Part shown: one piece after another, positions 1-12,985 of the stretch
Layout of the letters: the number at the start of each line of letters is the position of its first letter
Numbering within the stretch: position 1 is the stretch's first letter
From: Squalus acanthias
Lineage: Eukaryota
Length of the DNA stretch: 64,000 bases
Reading direction: 5' to 3'
NCBI GenBank assembly: GCA_030390025.1
Contig: CM059432.1
Coordinates: forward strand, 1,488,001 to 1,552,000
Made by a program: the position numbers and the translations under genes
Notes under the pieces: generated by a model
Told to the model about the DNA's origin: nothing
Database searches by the model: none
What the model saw: the letters and a program-made list of their open reading frames with translations, nothing else

Positions 1-1275
1 TCCTCTTCACAATTTACTTTCCTACCTATCTTTGTGTCATCAGCAAATTTAGCAACCATACCTTCGGTCCCTTCATCCAAGTCATTTATATAAATTGTAA
101 AAAGTTGAGGCCCCAGCACTGATCCCTGTGGCACACCACTCGTTATATCTTGCCAATCAGAAAATGAACCATTTATGCCTACTCTGTTTCCGGTTAGCTA
201 GCCAATCTTCTATCCATGCCAATATGTTACCCCCTACACCATGAGCTTTTATTTTCCGCAATAACCTTTGATGTGGCACCTTATCAAATGCCTTCTGGAA
301 ATCTAAGTACAGTGCATCCACCGGTTCCCCTTTATCCACAGCACATGTTACTTCCTCAAAGAACTCCAATAAATTGGTTAAACATGATTTCCCTTGCACA
401 AAACCATGTTGACTCTGCCTGATTACTTTGAACTTTTCTAAATGCCCTGCTATACTGTCTTTAATAATAGCTTCTAACATCTTCCCTAGGACAGATGTTA
501 AGCTAACTGGCCTGTAGTTTCCGGCTTTCTGTCTCCCTCCCTTTTTCAATAAAGGAGTTACATTTGCTATTTTCCAATCTAATGGTACCTTCCCCAAATC
601 TAGGGAATTTTGGAAAATTAAAACCAACGCATCACTAATCCTAGCCACTTCTTTTAAGACCCTAGGATGAAGTCCATCAGGATCCGGGGACTTGTCAGCC
701 CGCAGCTCCAACAATTTGCTCAGTACCACTTCCCTGGTGATTATAATTTTCTTGAGTTCCTCCCTCCCTTCCATTTCCTGATTTACAGCTATTTCTGGGA
801 TGTTACTTGTATCCTCTATAGTGAAGACCGATGCAAAATACCTGTTCAATTCAACTGCCATCTCCTTATTTTCCATTATTAATTCCCCAGACTCACTTTT
901 TATAGGACCAACGCTCACTTTGTTAACTCTTTTCTTTTTTAAATATCTATAGAAACTCTTACTATCTGTTTTTATATTTCTAGCTAACTTTCTCTCGTAC
1001 TCTAATTTTTCTCTCCTTATTAATCTTTTAGTCATTCTTTGCTGTTTTTTTATATTCTGTCCAATCTTCTGACCTGCCACCCATCTTTGCGCAATTATAT
1101 GCTTTTTCTTTAAGTTTAATACTATCTTTAACTTTTTTAGTTAACCACGGATGGTGGCTCCTCCCCTTGGAATTTTTCTTTCTTGTTGGAATGTATATAT
1201 TCTGTGTATTCTGAAATATCCCCTTAAATGTCTGCCACTGCCACTCTATTGACCTATCCCTTAACCTAACTTGGT
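1..1275 (-). mobile_element. CR1 LINE ORF2 fragment (runs off the window edge)
   Basis: ORF 157-1080 contains YRPVSLTS, QHGF, YLDFQKAFDKVPH. Confidence 0.9.
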
Positions 1276-1489
1276 AATTATGGAGTAAGTGATTTATGAC
1301 ATTACTTACACCATGCAATGGTCCCTGTAATTGTTTTTTGCTGCGTGGTCCCTTTAACTGGCTGCGGCCCATTCACATTTTCGCGCATGCGCGCTTTCTT
1401 GCATTGAAAAGCTGGTGAGCGGCCTCCACGGCACCTCCAGACCGCTGCGTGGTTGCGCAGCTTAGCGGGAATTACTCATTCCCATACAA

Positions 1490-3730
1490 TAAAAAAAAAG
1501 GAAGGTTGGGATGGGAATAGGGCCATTAAGGGATGGACAGGACAATACCACAGGTAACAACGATAGGGAGATGGCAGAAATATTAAATCATTATTTTGCT
1601 TCAGTATTTACCAGGGAGATAGAACAGGTGGAGATGACATTGGATGATGAGATGAGTAATGAGATAAGTGCATTTAAAATAAAAAAGGGGATATATTAAA
1701 TAAACTAATCAAACTCAAAGAGGATAAAACCCCTGGTCCGGATGGATTGCATCCACGCATTTTAAAAGAATCTAGGGAAGAGATAGCAGAGGCATTACTA
1801 CACATATTTAATAATTCATTAGAAAAAGGTGTAGTGCCAGAGGACTGGAGGATAGCTAACGTAATACCTATATTTAAAAAGGGGGATAGAACATGTCCAG
1901 GGCATTATAGACCAGTCAGCTTAACATCGGTGGTAGGAAAAATAATGGAATCCCTACTAAAGGAGAAAATAGAAGAACATCTAGAAACCAAAAAGTATAA
2001 TAATGAAGTCAGCATAGTATTCAAAAGGCAAAATCTTGCTTGACCAACCTTATTGAATTTTTTGAAGAGGTAACAGAGAGAGTAGACAATGGTAATGCAG
2101 TGGATGTAACTTATCTAGATTTTCAAAAGGCCTTCGATAAGGGACCCCATAATAGACTAATGAATAAGGTTAGAGAATGCGGAGTCAGGACAAGTAGCAG
2201 AATGGATTGCTAGCTGGCTTCAAGACAGATATCAGAGAGTGGGAGTAAAGGGTAGCTATTCACAGTGGCAGAAGGTGGGTAGTGGTGTTCAACAAGGATC
2301 AGTGCTGGGACCACTGCTGTTCACAATTTACATTAACGATTTAGACTTTGGAATCAAAAACACAATTTCTAAATTTGCAGATGATACCAAATTTTTTGGG
2401 GGGGGGGGGGGGGGGGGCGGCGAAGATAGTCAATACTGAGGAGGACTGCAACAAATTACAGGAAAACATTAATAAACTTCAGAATGGGCAAATAATTGGC
2501 AAATGAAGTTCAACACAGATAAATGTGAGGTATTACATTTTGGTAGGAAGAATAGGAAGAATATCACTTGGAGGGTGCGAGTCTAGGTGGGGTAGAGGCA
2601 CAAAGGGATCTCGGAGTACAAATACACAAATCACTAAAAGTTGCGACACAGGTTAGCAAGGCCATAAAAAAAGCAAACCAAGCACTAGGGTTTATTTCTA
2701 GAGGGTTAGAATTGAAAAGTAGGGAAGTTATGCTAAACCTGTATCGAACCTTGGTTAAACCACACTTAGGAGTACTGCGTGCAGTTCTGGTCACCATATT
2801 ATAAAAAGGAGAGGCGTACTGGAGAGGGTGCAGAGAAGATTTACAAGGATGATACCAGAAATGCAAGGGTATACATATGAAAGGATAACAGGCTGGGTCT
2901 CTTTTCTCTTGAAAAAAGGCTGAGGGGTGACCTAATAGAGGTCATTAAAATTATGAGAGGTTTTGATAAAGTGGATAGCAGAGAGAATGTTTCCACTTGT
3001 GGGGAAGAGCATACTAGAGGCCATCAATATAAGATAGTCACCAAGAAATCCAAAAGGGAATTCAGAAGAAACTTCTTTACCCAGAGAGTGGTGAGAATGT
3101 GGAACTCGCTACCACAGGGAGTGGTTGAAGCGAATAGTACAGATGCATTTAAGGGGAGGCTGGACAAGCAAATGAGGGAGAAGGGAATAGAGGGTTATGC
3201 TGATAGATTTAGATGAGGAAAGATGGGAAGAGGCCTGAGTGGAGCATAAACGCCGGCATGGACTGGTTGGGCCGAATGGCCTGTTTCTGTGCCCTTTACC
3301 TATGGAAGGATATACTTGCCATAGAGGGAGTGCAACGAAGGTTCACCAGACAGTTCCTGGGATGGGGGGGATTGTCCTATGAGGACAGATTGAGTAGACT
3401 AGGCCTATATTCTCTAGAGTTTAGAAGAATGAGAGGTGATCTCATTGAAACATACAAAATTCTTACAAGGCTTGACAGGGTAGATGCAGGGAGGATGTTT
3501 CCCCTGGCTGGGGAGTCTAGAACCAGGGGTCATAGTCTCAGAATAAGGGGTCGGCCAAGACAGAGGTCGATAGATTTTTGGATATTAAGGGATCAAGGGA
3601 TATGGGGATAGTGCAGGAAAGTGGAGATGAGGTAGATGACCAGCCATGATCTTATTGAATGGCGGAGCAGGCTCGAGGGGCCGAATGGCCGACTCCTGCT
3701 CCTATTTCTTATATCCTATGTAATCCTATG
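1490..3730 (+). mobile_element. Two adjoining degenerate CR1 LINE 3' portions
   Basis: Frameshifted RT peptides (HPRILKE, GVQQGSVLGP, FADD, NFFTQRVV); CR1 3' ends near 3290 and 3725. Confidence 0.88.
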
Positions 3731-5242
3731 TTGACGCCATGCTATAGTTTCCTGGGACTTTTGCACTGCTCCACTGTTATCCTCGCCACAAACAGTGAGA
3801 AGTTAATGATCATCACTCAACCACCCCCCCACCCCCAACCACTGGTAAAATCAATCACGATCGCAAATTTCCTGAAGCAATGCTATTTTTGTCATTGTCA
3901 CTTAGATTTAAAGATAATGGCACCGATGGGCGCTTGTTTCAAGTTCGGCTTTCTTTAAACGTATTTCCAATGCCCGAACAAATTATTTACAATCAGATTG
4001 AGCAACAGTACTTGGGCCGGACGCATTACATCTGCAGCTAGAAAACCCTGCTCAGAGGAACAATTAAGAACATTAACGTTTGCTTTACCTAATGTTATGA
4101 GCGAGCGAGACAACAGTTTAATTTACTCTTGACGGTAGCTAGGCGCTGCACATGGGAATATTTGAATATTCGTAGTTAAGATGCCCCCATTGCCACCCAC
4201 ACACACACCTCCAGTCAAAATTTTATCATGCAGACCAACGTATATGGAAAATGGAGAGTTGAAATCAAATTGATTCAAATGAAGAGTCTCACCTGAACAA
4301 TCAGAACTACAGCTTCAACAATCATCGACGGCACAAATAAAAGTATTAGTCATTGCAGCATTAAATTACATCCTGCGATAAAAAGGTCAAGTTAGTCGAC
4401 CTTTGTTGTGCAGTTTTAAGTAAGAAGCATTACTCCGTGTACGAGCCAAATCTACTGACTCGCCTACTCTCGACTTGCTGCAAAAGATCTGCATCTTGCA
4501 AGTGTTACTGGAATGCTTTTCAAAAATAACAAAAGAATTGTTTAATTTGGAAAATTTAAGAGTTTCTCTCAAACAGGCCATTCCAAACTCTACCAAGCAC
4601 ACAAAACAAACATTTTGATCAGATCTGTTAAAACGCAGGATGCAAAGCGCTACTCCCAAAACAAACCCAAATTATCAGTAAACCCACACATGACCCGTCT
4701 ACACTTGCAATAGCCGCAAATACTGCCCATTGGTTGCCCCGGGTTTGATTCTCTGCTATGCTTGCTGTGGCGAATTCAAATGAAAAATCCAGAAACTTTT
4801 GGGGTAAGTTCGCGACAGCAAGATCAGTGTGCAAAATGGCGAAATTTATAGTTTGTGTCGCCAATCTCACCGCTGCTGAAAATTCCAGGACAAATAGTAG
4901 AGCTGGATCTGGGTCTGCACAAGAGGAACTAGCAGAATGTGTCACTGAGCAGTTATTTGATTCTTGACATGAATCTTGTATGAATACTGGGTGGCCTGCT
5001 GGTGGCGCTGTCCAGGGAGAGTATAAATACTCAGGCATGGGCCCAGCTTGCTTAGGACATTCCTCAACAGGAACTAGTGAAGGACACAACTAGATCTCCA
5101 TGTTGAAAAACAGTTGATTAAAGCTTTGTTTAACGCTTAGACCAAGTGCCTAGTAGTTTTCTTACGTCAATTATATTGTACGCAAATGATTTGAAACTGG
5201 CGGCAGAAATAAAGCCAATAGCTCCAAATTTGTTTTTTTTTT

Positions 5243-5955
5243 TATTCTTCGTTCCTGGGATTGTGGGTGTCGCTGGCAAGGCCAGCATTTATTGCCCATC
5301 CCTAATTGCCCTCGAGAAAGTGGTGGTGAGCTGCTGCCTTGAACCACTGCAGTCCATGTGGTGAAGGTACTCCCCAGTGCTGTTAGGGAGGGAGTTCCAG
5401 GATTTTGACCCAGCGATGATGAAGGAACGGCCGATATATTTCCAAGTCAGGATGGTGCGTGACTTGGAGGTGGTGGTGCTCCCATGCGCCTGCTGCCCTT
5501 GTCCTTCTAGGTGGAAGAGGTTGCGGGTTTGGGAGGTGCTGCCGAAGAAGCCTTGGCGAGTTGCTGCAGTGCATCTTGTAGATGGTGCACACTGCAGCCA
5601 CAGTGCACCAGTGGTGGAGGGAGTGAATGTTTATGGTGGTGGATGGGGTGCCAATCAAGCGGGCTGCTTTGTCCTGGATGGTGTCGAGCTTCGAGTGTTA
5701 TTGGAGCTGCACTCATCCAGGCAAGTGGAGAGTATTCCATCACAATCCTGACTTGTGCCTTGCAGATGGTGGAAAGGCTTTGGGGAGTCAGGAGGTGAGA
5801 CACTCACCGCAGAATAACCAGACTCTGACCTGCTCTTGTTGCCACAGTATTTATGTGGCTGATCCAGTTAAGTTTCTGGTCAATGGTGACCCCCCCCCAG
5901 GATGTTGATAGTGGGAGATTCGGCGACGGTAATGCCATTGAATGTCAAGGGGGTG
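5243..5955 (-). mobile_element. 3' fragment of a distinct non-LTR retrotransposon family (CR1/L2-like); other copies at about 53686-54480 (+), 60068-60233 (+), 61037-61268 (-), 9308-9385 (+)
   Basis: Peptide KAQVRIVMEYSPLAW and shared tail GGGCAATTAGGGATGGGCAATAAATGC...CCCA across copies; clade not determined. Confidence 0.75.
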
Positions 5956-6512
5956 GGAGCAGACAACCATTCCAAATAGCTTGGAACAAGTGTGCCAAAT
6001 GGAGGAATCTAGATAGATTGGGATGGCAAGTGGCAGCTGTGAATAAATGCAGTGATGAGACTCAAAGAAGAATAAGCAGTGGGAATGTAAGCTAAAAAGG
6101 TATCAAACTACAGGGGATAATACAGGAGGAGGATCTGCGATACTTGTAGATTGCTTGCTGAAACCGTCAGCACACTGTGTAGGAGCAGTAGTGAAAACAA
6201 ACAGGCTGTTTGGAGGAAATATAACCAGAGAAATACCGAACAAGATCCAGGAAGTGATATGAACTTGGGTCCAGGCCATCCAAAGCAAGATGCATAATTC
6301 CGGTGAACACAATGCAGTGGGACATCCTGGCACTGGGGAGGGTACAGGAAAGGGCATCCTAATTGACATCACAGAATAGCTACCCGAGCCACAAGAAAAA
6401 TCAATGGAAACGAGGGATATCTACACTGGAGAAAAGGTGCTGAGGGAAACCTCACTGAGATATTCAAGAATCTGAGTTATAGATCATCTGAATCTCAGTG
6501 ATGCCTGGTAAT

Positions 6513-6853
6513 CACAACAACAACTTGCATTTACATAGCACCTTTAACGTAGTAAAACGTCCCAAGGCGCTACACAGGTGCGATTATCAAACAAAGTTTT
6601 GACACCGAGCCACACAAGGAGATATTCGGACAGGTGACCAAAAGCCTGGTCAAAGAGGTAGGTTTTAAGAAACGTCTTAAAAGGAAGAGAGAGGTGGAGA
6701 GGTTTAGGGAGGGAATTCCAGAGTTTTGGGCCCAGGCAACTGAAGGCACGGCCACCAATGGTAGAGCGAAGGAAATCGGGGACGCGCAAGAAGCTAGAAT
6801 TGGAGGAGCGCAGAGATCTCGGAGGGTTGTCGGGCTGGAGGAGGTTACAGAGA
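6513..6853 (-). mobile_element. L2-clade LINE 3' end
   Basis: GGRAFSCLGPKLWNSLP...KTYLF peptide and (TTG)n-type tail; many copies in the window. Confidence 0.85.
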
Positions 6854-6981
6854 TGGTTACATGGACTCAAACGCAGAAGAAAACAAAGTTTAGATTTAAT
6901 TACTTGCATCTATACAGTGCCCTTCAATATAAAAAGAAAGACTTGCACATAAATGTTTCAGCACCACACAGGGTAGATAAA

Positions 6982-7185
6982 TGTGAGAAGTCGCACAACA
7001 CCAGGTTATAGTCAACAGCTTTATTTGAAATCACAAGCTTTCGGAGCGGCTGCTCCTTCACTTCACCTGACGAAGGAGCAGCGCTCCGAACGCTTGTGAT
7101 TTCAAATAAAGCTGTTGGACTATAACCTGGTGTTGTGCGACTTCTCACATTTGTCCACCCCAGTCCAACACCGGCATCTCCGCAT
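6982..7185 (+). mobile_element. Penelope-like fold-back insertion with hammerhead-type motif
   Basis: About 80-bp inverted arms plus a 34-nt unpaired tail; TSD CAGGGTAGATAAA at 6969-6981 and 7186-7198. Confidence 0.75.
7063..7099 (+). ncRNA. Minimal type I hammerhead ribozyme motif (Penelope-associated; GAAC variant in this copy)
   Basis: TCAC-CTGACGA-A-GGAGC-AGC-GCTCC-GAA(C)-GC-TT-GTGA: stem I TCAC/GTGA, core CUGANGA, stem II GGAGC/GCTCC, palindromic stem III. The other arms read GAAAGCTT. Confidence 0.6.
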
Positions 7186-9639
7186 CAGGGTAGATAAAGG
7201 CAGACAACATTGCGGAGGTGAAAGTGTGCTCTTTGCTGATGAGATCAAGCGGTTTAAAGCTCAGCTGCAGATTGAATCGGAGTTTCTGGTTCACCAGTGA
7301 CTGGCTTTACACAGAGGGTGGTTAAAATATGAAAGATGGCCTGCGGAGACATGGGGGGTAATTCCAACACCTAAAAAACGGCTGGGTTTGGGTGGAAAGT
7401 AAAAATGTAAAAAAATTTCAAAGTGGAGTTGAGGCCAAGATCAGATCAGCCATGATCTTATTGAATGGCAGAGCAGGCTCGAGGGGCCAAATGGCCGACT
7501 CCTATTTCTTATGTTCTTATGAACCCAAGCCGCCTCGAACCCACCCACTTCCGGTTTTAACGGAAGCGGGACAAGGAGCGGGCAACCAATCCACTCTCAG
7601 GAGACCACGGGAAACCCAGCAGGTAAAAGGAGGCGAGAGGGCTGCATCCATAAGGCTAAGTGCCTTTACATCACTGCTTATGTGCCAAGAGGAGCAGGAG
7701 TGGTTCCTCCAGGCCCAACGAGCTTACCCTGTAAACTCCCCCCCTCCACCCGCGATCTGTCAGCTTCCCCGACCCCTCACCCGCCATCAGCCCTGACCCC
7801 CACAACAACCACGCTCTGCCCACCAACACCCCCCCCACCGACTCCCACTAAACGTAGCTGCTCCTTGGCCACGCCCTTTTTCGGAGCCTTCCCCACCCGA
7901 CAGGCAGCCGAGCCCGTCAATCAGGTTGACTTTCGGGTGAGGTACCTTGGGGGGAAAAAAAATCTCTGCGCCATTTGGGGAAACCCGCACTTACGGGTCT
8001 CCCGGCTTTAACTCCTCTCCCTCTTCCCACACCCACCCCCCTCGCCCCAGGAAATATCAGGGCCATAGCGTCAGCAAATTCCAGAGGGACCATGGTAAAT
8101 GCACTTGACAGAGGCAACTAAGAGGTATGAGAGCCATAGAAATATATGATGTTAATCAAACTTTGGCACCAGCCAAATGAAATTCAATGGTCTCTTCAGA
8201 TTCTATATACATTCCTGTGCTTCTAAAATATTTCAATTCAACACTTCATACAATATAGATGTCAGCTGTTTTTTTAAGTCAAGGCCTTAACTATTCCACA
8301 CTTCACTAATTTCGAATAGGATTATATTGAGCTTATAGATCTTTTACCTTAAAACCCTTTGATGTTAAACTACATTACACAATGCACGTCCAAACAAAAT
8401 TGTGCGCCTTGCCTTTTTTTTTTGCACACAATAGATTCTCTCACCCGTATCGTTGACATCTCAATACTCACGGTCAAGGTTTCATCCATAGGACTTGAAC
8501 GTACAGAATCGCCTGTAAACCTTCACAGGAGGTAGTTTGGTATCCCGGTAAGCGAACCGGTAAAATGAAAACCCGAAGGCTACAGCCAGACATTAGCTGT
8601 AAACGCTGTCTCCGGTACAAGCCAAGCATGTGCGACTGAAGCGCTTCAGAACCTTACTGCAGCTCAATGGAGGAAAAAAAAAGTGTGATGATAAATTCGC
8701 TGCATCTCATTTCGAATCACCAGCATACTGGCATCAAACAATCCGTCTTAGCATATCTTAGTCCCCGAGCCAACTTTTATCCTACCTCTGCCAAGCAAAC
8801 ACCAAACAACGGAGCTTCTGCGATTCTCCAACATTATGCTGTTTATCCCCACATCATGTTTCTACGCAAAATGTGCCCGAGGGCATAACTGGAAAATGCA
8901 AGCAGGTGCAGACAAGAACAGCCCACTTCAATTAGCTACTGGGTTAGAGCACAGAAACGAAACGGTGTGCAATTAGTAATGAAGCACCTTTTATTAAAAA
9001 AAAACACAAACAGCCAAACAGATTTGTCATCATACAAATTATAAAATCAGAAAGCTCCTTTTCGGCCAAGAGGATTTTATTTGAGAATGAGACTGCGGCA
9101 GTTGACCCGTAACCCTTCCACACACACACAACATAAAACTGGCAGCTGACTGGCAGCTGTTGTTGTAAAAAGAATTTAATGTGTCACAACTTTGGTAGCA
9201 TAACACAGCACGCTTAAAAAGGTTTCCTCAAACCCAAACGCATGAAATTACAGCACAGAAATAAGACTTGATCCATTACCTTATTTCGGATCAATTCCGT
9301 GCTAAAATGGTTCTCAAGGGCAACTAGGGATGGGCAATAAATGCCGGCCTTGCCAGCGACGGCCACATCCCATGAATTAATTTTTTAAAAAGCAAAAAAA
9401 AAATCATGTTTTTCTCATCAATTTAAAGGCAATTACAATTATTTTGATTTATAACGGTACAACATTAATAAAAACTCCGAAGATTCAATTTAGTTTGAGG
9501 ATCTTGCAAATTAACTTTTATTCAATATGATAATTTAAAAAAAAAAATTGTTCTCTGACCACATCGGCCAGACCGGGTAAGGGCAGCAGATTTCCTTCCC
9601 TAAAGGACATTAGTGAACCAGATGGGTTTTTACGACATA

Positions 9640-10938
9640 CAATCATAGAAAGTTACAGCACAGAAGGAGGCCATTTCGGCCCATCGTGTCCGCGCCGGCC
9701 GACAAAGAGCTATCCAGCCTAATCCCACTTCCCAGCTCTTGGTCCATAGCCCTGCAGGTTACAGCATCCCAAGTGCACATCCAAGTACTTTTTAAATGTG
9801 GTTAGGGTTTCTGCCTCTACCACCCTTTCAGGCAGTGAGTTCCAGACCCCCACAACCCTCTGGGTGAAGAAATTTCCCCTCAAATCCCCTCTAAACCTTC
9901 CACCAATTACTTTAAATCTGTGCCCCCTGGTTTTTGACCCCTCTGCTAAGGGAAATAGGTCCTTTCTATCCACTTTATCTAGGCCCCTCAATTTTATACA
10001 CCTCAATAAGGTCTCCCCTCAGCCTCCTCTGTTCCAAGGAAAACAAACCCAGCCTATCCAGTCTTTCCTCATAGCTAAGATTCTCTACTCCCGGCAACAT
10101 CCTTGTAAATCTCCTCTGTACCCTCTCTAGTGCAATCACATCTTTCCTGTAATGTGGTGACCAGAACTGCACACAGTACTCTAGCTGAGGCCTAACTAGT
10201 GTTTTATACAGTTGAAGTATAACCCCCCCTGCTCTTGTATTCTATGCCACGGCTAATAAAGGCAAGCATTCCGTATGCCTTCTTAACCACCTTATCTACC
10301 TGGACTGCTACCTTTCAGGGATCTGTGGACATGCACTCCAAGGTCCCTTTGTTCCTCTACACTACTCAGTGTCCTACCATTTAATGTATATTCCCTTTCC
10401 TCATTAGCCCTCCCCAAATGCATTACCTCACACTTCTCCGGATTGAATTCCATTTGCCACTGTTCTGCCCACTTGACCAATTTATTGATATCTTCCTGCA
10501 GTCTACAGCTTCCTTCTTCAGTATCAACCACACAGCCGATTTTAGTATCATCTGCAAACTTCTTAATCATACCCACTATATTCAAGTCTAGATCATTGAT
10601 ATATACCACAAAAAGCAAGGGACCTAGTACTGAGCCCTGCGGAACCCCACTGGAAACAGCCTTCCAGTCACAAAAACACCCATCACCCTCTGCTTCCTGT
10701 CTCCGAGCCAGTTTTGAATCCAACTTGACACTTTGCCCTGGATCCCATGGGCTTTTAACTTCGTGACCAGTCTGCCATGTGGAACCTTATCAAAAGCCTT
10801 GCTAAAGTCCATATCCACTACCCTCATCTACCCTCCTTGTTACCTCCTCAAAAAATTCAATCAAGTTTGTCAGACACGACCTTCCCTTAACAAATCCGTG
10901 CTGACTATCCTTGATTAATCCGTGTCTTTCTAAATGAA
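9640..10938 (-). mobile_element. CR1 LINE 3' fragment inserted into a SINE-like repeat (halves at about 9560-9637 and 10939-11065)
   Basis: RT peptides ([14 protein letters not shown]). The flanks rejoin into a repeat whose other copy lies at about 23710-23908 (+). Confidence 0.85.
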
Positions 10939-11094
10939 GACAATCCAGTAGTTTCATGGTCACCATTACTGATACTAGCTTTTTAATCCAGATTTATTTA
11001 ATTAACTGAATTTAAATTCCACAGTTGCCGTAGTGGGATTTGAATACATGTCTCCAGATCATTAGATCACCTCTCATTCTTCTAAACTCATAGA

Positions 11095-11460
11095 AAGAGG
11101 CCATTTGGCCCGTTGAGCCCGTGCCAGCTCTCAGAGCACTTCAGCTAGTCCCACTCCCCCCGCCCTTTCCCCGTAGCCCTGAAATTTTTTTTCCTTCAGG
11201 TACTTATCCAATTCCCTTTTGAAAGCCACGATTGAGTCTGCCTCCACCACCCTTTCAGGCAGTGCATTCCAGATCCTAACCACTCGCTGAGTAAAAAAGT
11301 TTTTCCTCATATCGCCTTTGGTTCTTTTGCCAATCACCTTAAATCTGTCCCCTCTGGTTCTCGACCCTTCCACCAATGGGAACAGTTTCTCTCGATCTAC
11401 TCTGTCTAGACCCCTCATGATTTTGAACACCTCTATCAAATCTCCTCTCAACCTTCTCCA
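11095..11460 (-). mobile_element. CR1 3' end
   Basis: [14 protein letters not shown]...NFFTQRVVRIWNALP; near-identical to 57600-57950. Confidence 0.85.
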
Positions 11461-11489
11461 GAAAATGAAAAATAAAGGCCATCGCCACG

Positions 11490-12175
11490 TTAACAACAAC
11501 TTGCATTTATATAGCGCCTTTAACGTAGTAAAACGTCCCAAGGCGCTTCACAGGTGGAGTATAAGACAATGTGACACCGAGCCACAAAAGGAGATATTAG
11601 GGCAGGTGAAAGAGGTAGGTTTTAAGGAGCGTCTTAAAGGAGGAAAGAGAGGTAGAGAGGCAGAGTGGTTTAGGCAGGGAATTCCAGAGCTTAGGGCCTA
11701 AGGCAACAGAAGGCACAGGCCAACAATGGTTGAGCGATTATAATCAGGAATGCTCAAGAGGGCAGAATTGGAGGAGCGCAGATATCTTGGGGGGTTGTGG
11801 GACTGGAGGAGATTACAGAGATAGGGAAGGAGGCGAGGCCATGGAGCGATTTGAAAACAAAGATGAGAATTTTGAAATCGAGGCTGCTGCTTAACCAGGA
11901 GCCAATGTAGGTCAGCGAGCACAGGGGCGATGGGTGAACGGGACTTGGTGCGAGTTAGGACACGCGCAGCCGAGTTTTGGATGACCTCAAGTTTACATGG
12001 GGTGGAATGTGGGAAGCCAGCCAGGAGTGTGTTGGAATAGTCAAGTCTAGAGGTAACAAAGGCATGGATGAGGGCTTCAGCAGCGGATGAGCTGAGGCAA
12101 GGGTGGAGACAGGCGATGTTACGGAGGTGGAAGTAGGCGGTCTTTGTTATGCTGCGGATATGTGGTCGGAAGCTC
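11490..12175 (-). mobile_element. L2-clade LINE 3' portion
   Basis: HAFVTSRLDYSN...LEVIQNSAAR...LADLHWL peptide, typical of L2 ORF2 C-terminus. Confidence 0.88.
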
Positions 12176-12664
12176 AACTCAACAGTCATTCTCCTAAATC
12201 CAACCTGCCCCAGTGCACAGACTCACTCTTCCTCCCCCGGACCCAGTTCATAGAGACACTAGTCCCCGTCCAACTCCCCACCCCTACCCTTTCGCAGAGG
12301 TGCTCGCTCCTCCAACCCTTAGATCAAATGGTCACTCCAACCCAATTCAAGCTGGTACTCTTCTTCCACATCCCTTTTTCCCCCAACCCCCATCAAGCAG
12401 GCATTCTCCCCCCAACCCCTATCATTCATGCTGGCACTCCTCTCTCACTCATCTCTGACCTCCTTCCCTCTCCCCCGCCCCCCCCAAAGTTCTTGATATT
12501 CTCCCTCCCAAGTGAATGCTGGTATTCTCCTTAAAACCACATCCTAAAATGCCCCTCCCAAAGGCTGCTTCCAGCTTCTACTCCCTTCCCTCTCTGTTCC
12601 AGGTGCCATTTCCCCCCTCCCTTGCACTTCCCCCTTCATTATCATTCATTGCCCCTTCCCTCTC

Positions 12665-12985
12665 CTCGTCTTTTGGATGAGATATTAAACAGAGGCCCTA
12701 TCTGCTCTCTCAGGTGGATGTAAAAGATCCCACGGCACTATTTCGAAGATGAGCAGGGGAGTTCTCCCCAGTGTCCTGGGCCAATATTTATCCCTCAATC
12801 AACATCGCCAAAAGCAGATTATCTGGTCATTATCACATTGCTGTTTGCTGGAGCTTGCTGTGCACAAATTGGCTGCCACGTTTCTCCACAGTGACTGCAC
12901 TTCAAAAAGTATATCTGGCTGTAAAGTGCATTGGGATGTCCTGAGGCCATGAAAGGCGCTACAGAAACGCGAGATTTTTTTTTAC
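12665..12985 (+). mobile_element. Deu-domain SINE, 5'-truncated (SacSINE1/AmnSINE1-like)
   Basis: Matches the full copy at 21866-22335 (CTCAGGTGGATGTAAAAGATCCC...CAGATTATCTGGTCATTATCACATTGCTG). Confidence 0.8.

Noticed and set aside
2398..2417. Poly-G tract as a functional G-quadruplex
   Set aside because: Expansion of a short G run within a decayed CR1; nothing indicates function.
4387..5089. Short non-repeat ORFs (90-153 aa)
   Set aside because: No recognisable domain or exon structure; lengths are compatible with chance.
8165..8185. FGW-encoding stretch as a candidate for the next OSBPL1A exon
   Set aside because: Surrounding translation (SFGWCQSLINII) does not match the PH-domain exon and suitable splice sites are absent.
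9280..9301. Possible minus-strand micro-exon (TTTTAG|22 nt|GTAATG)
   Set aside because: 22 nt would shift frame and it does not resemble the expected OSBPL1A PH-domain peptide.
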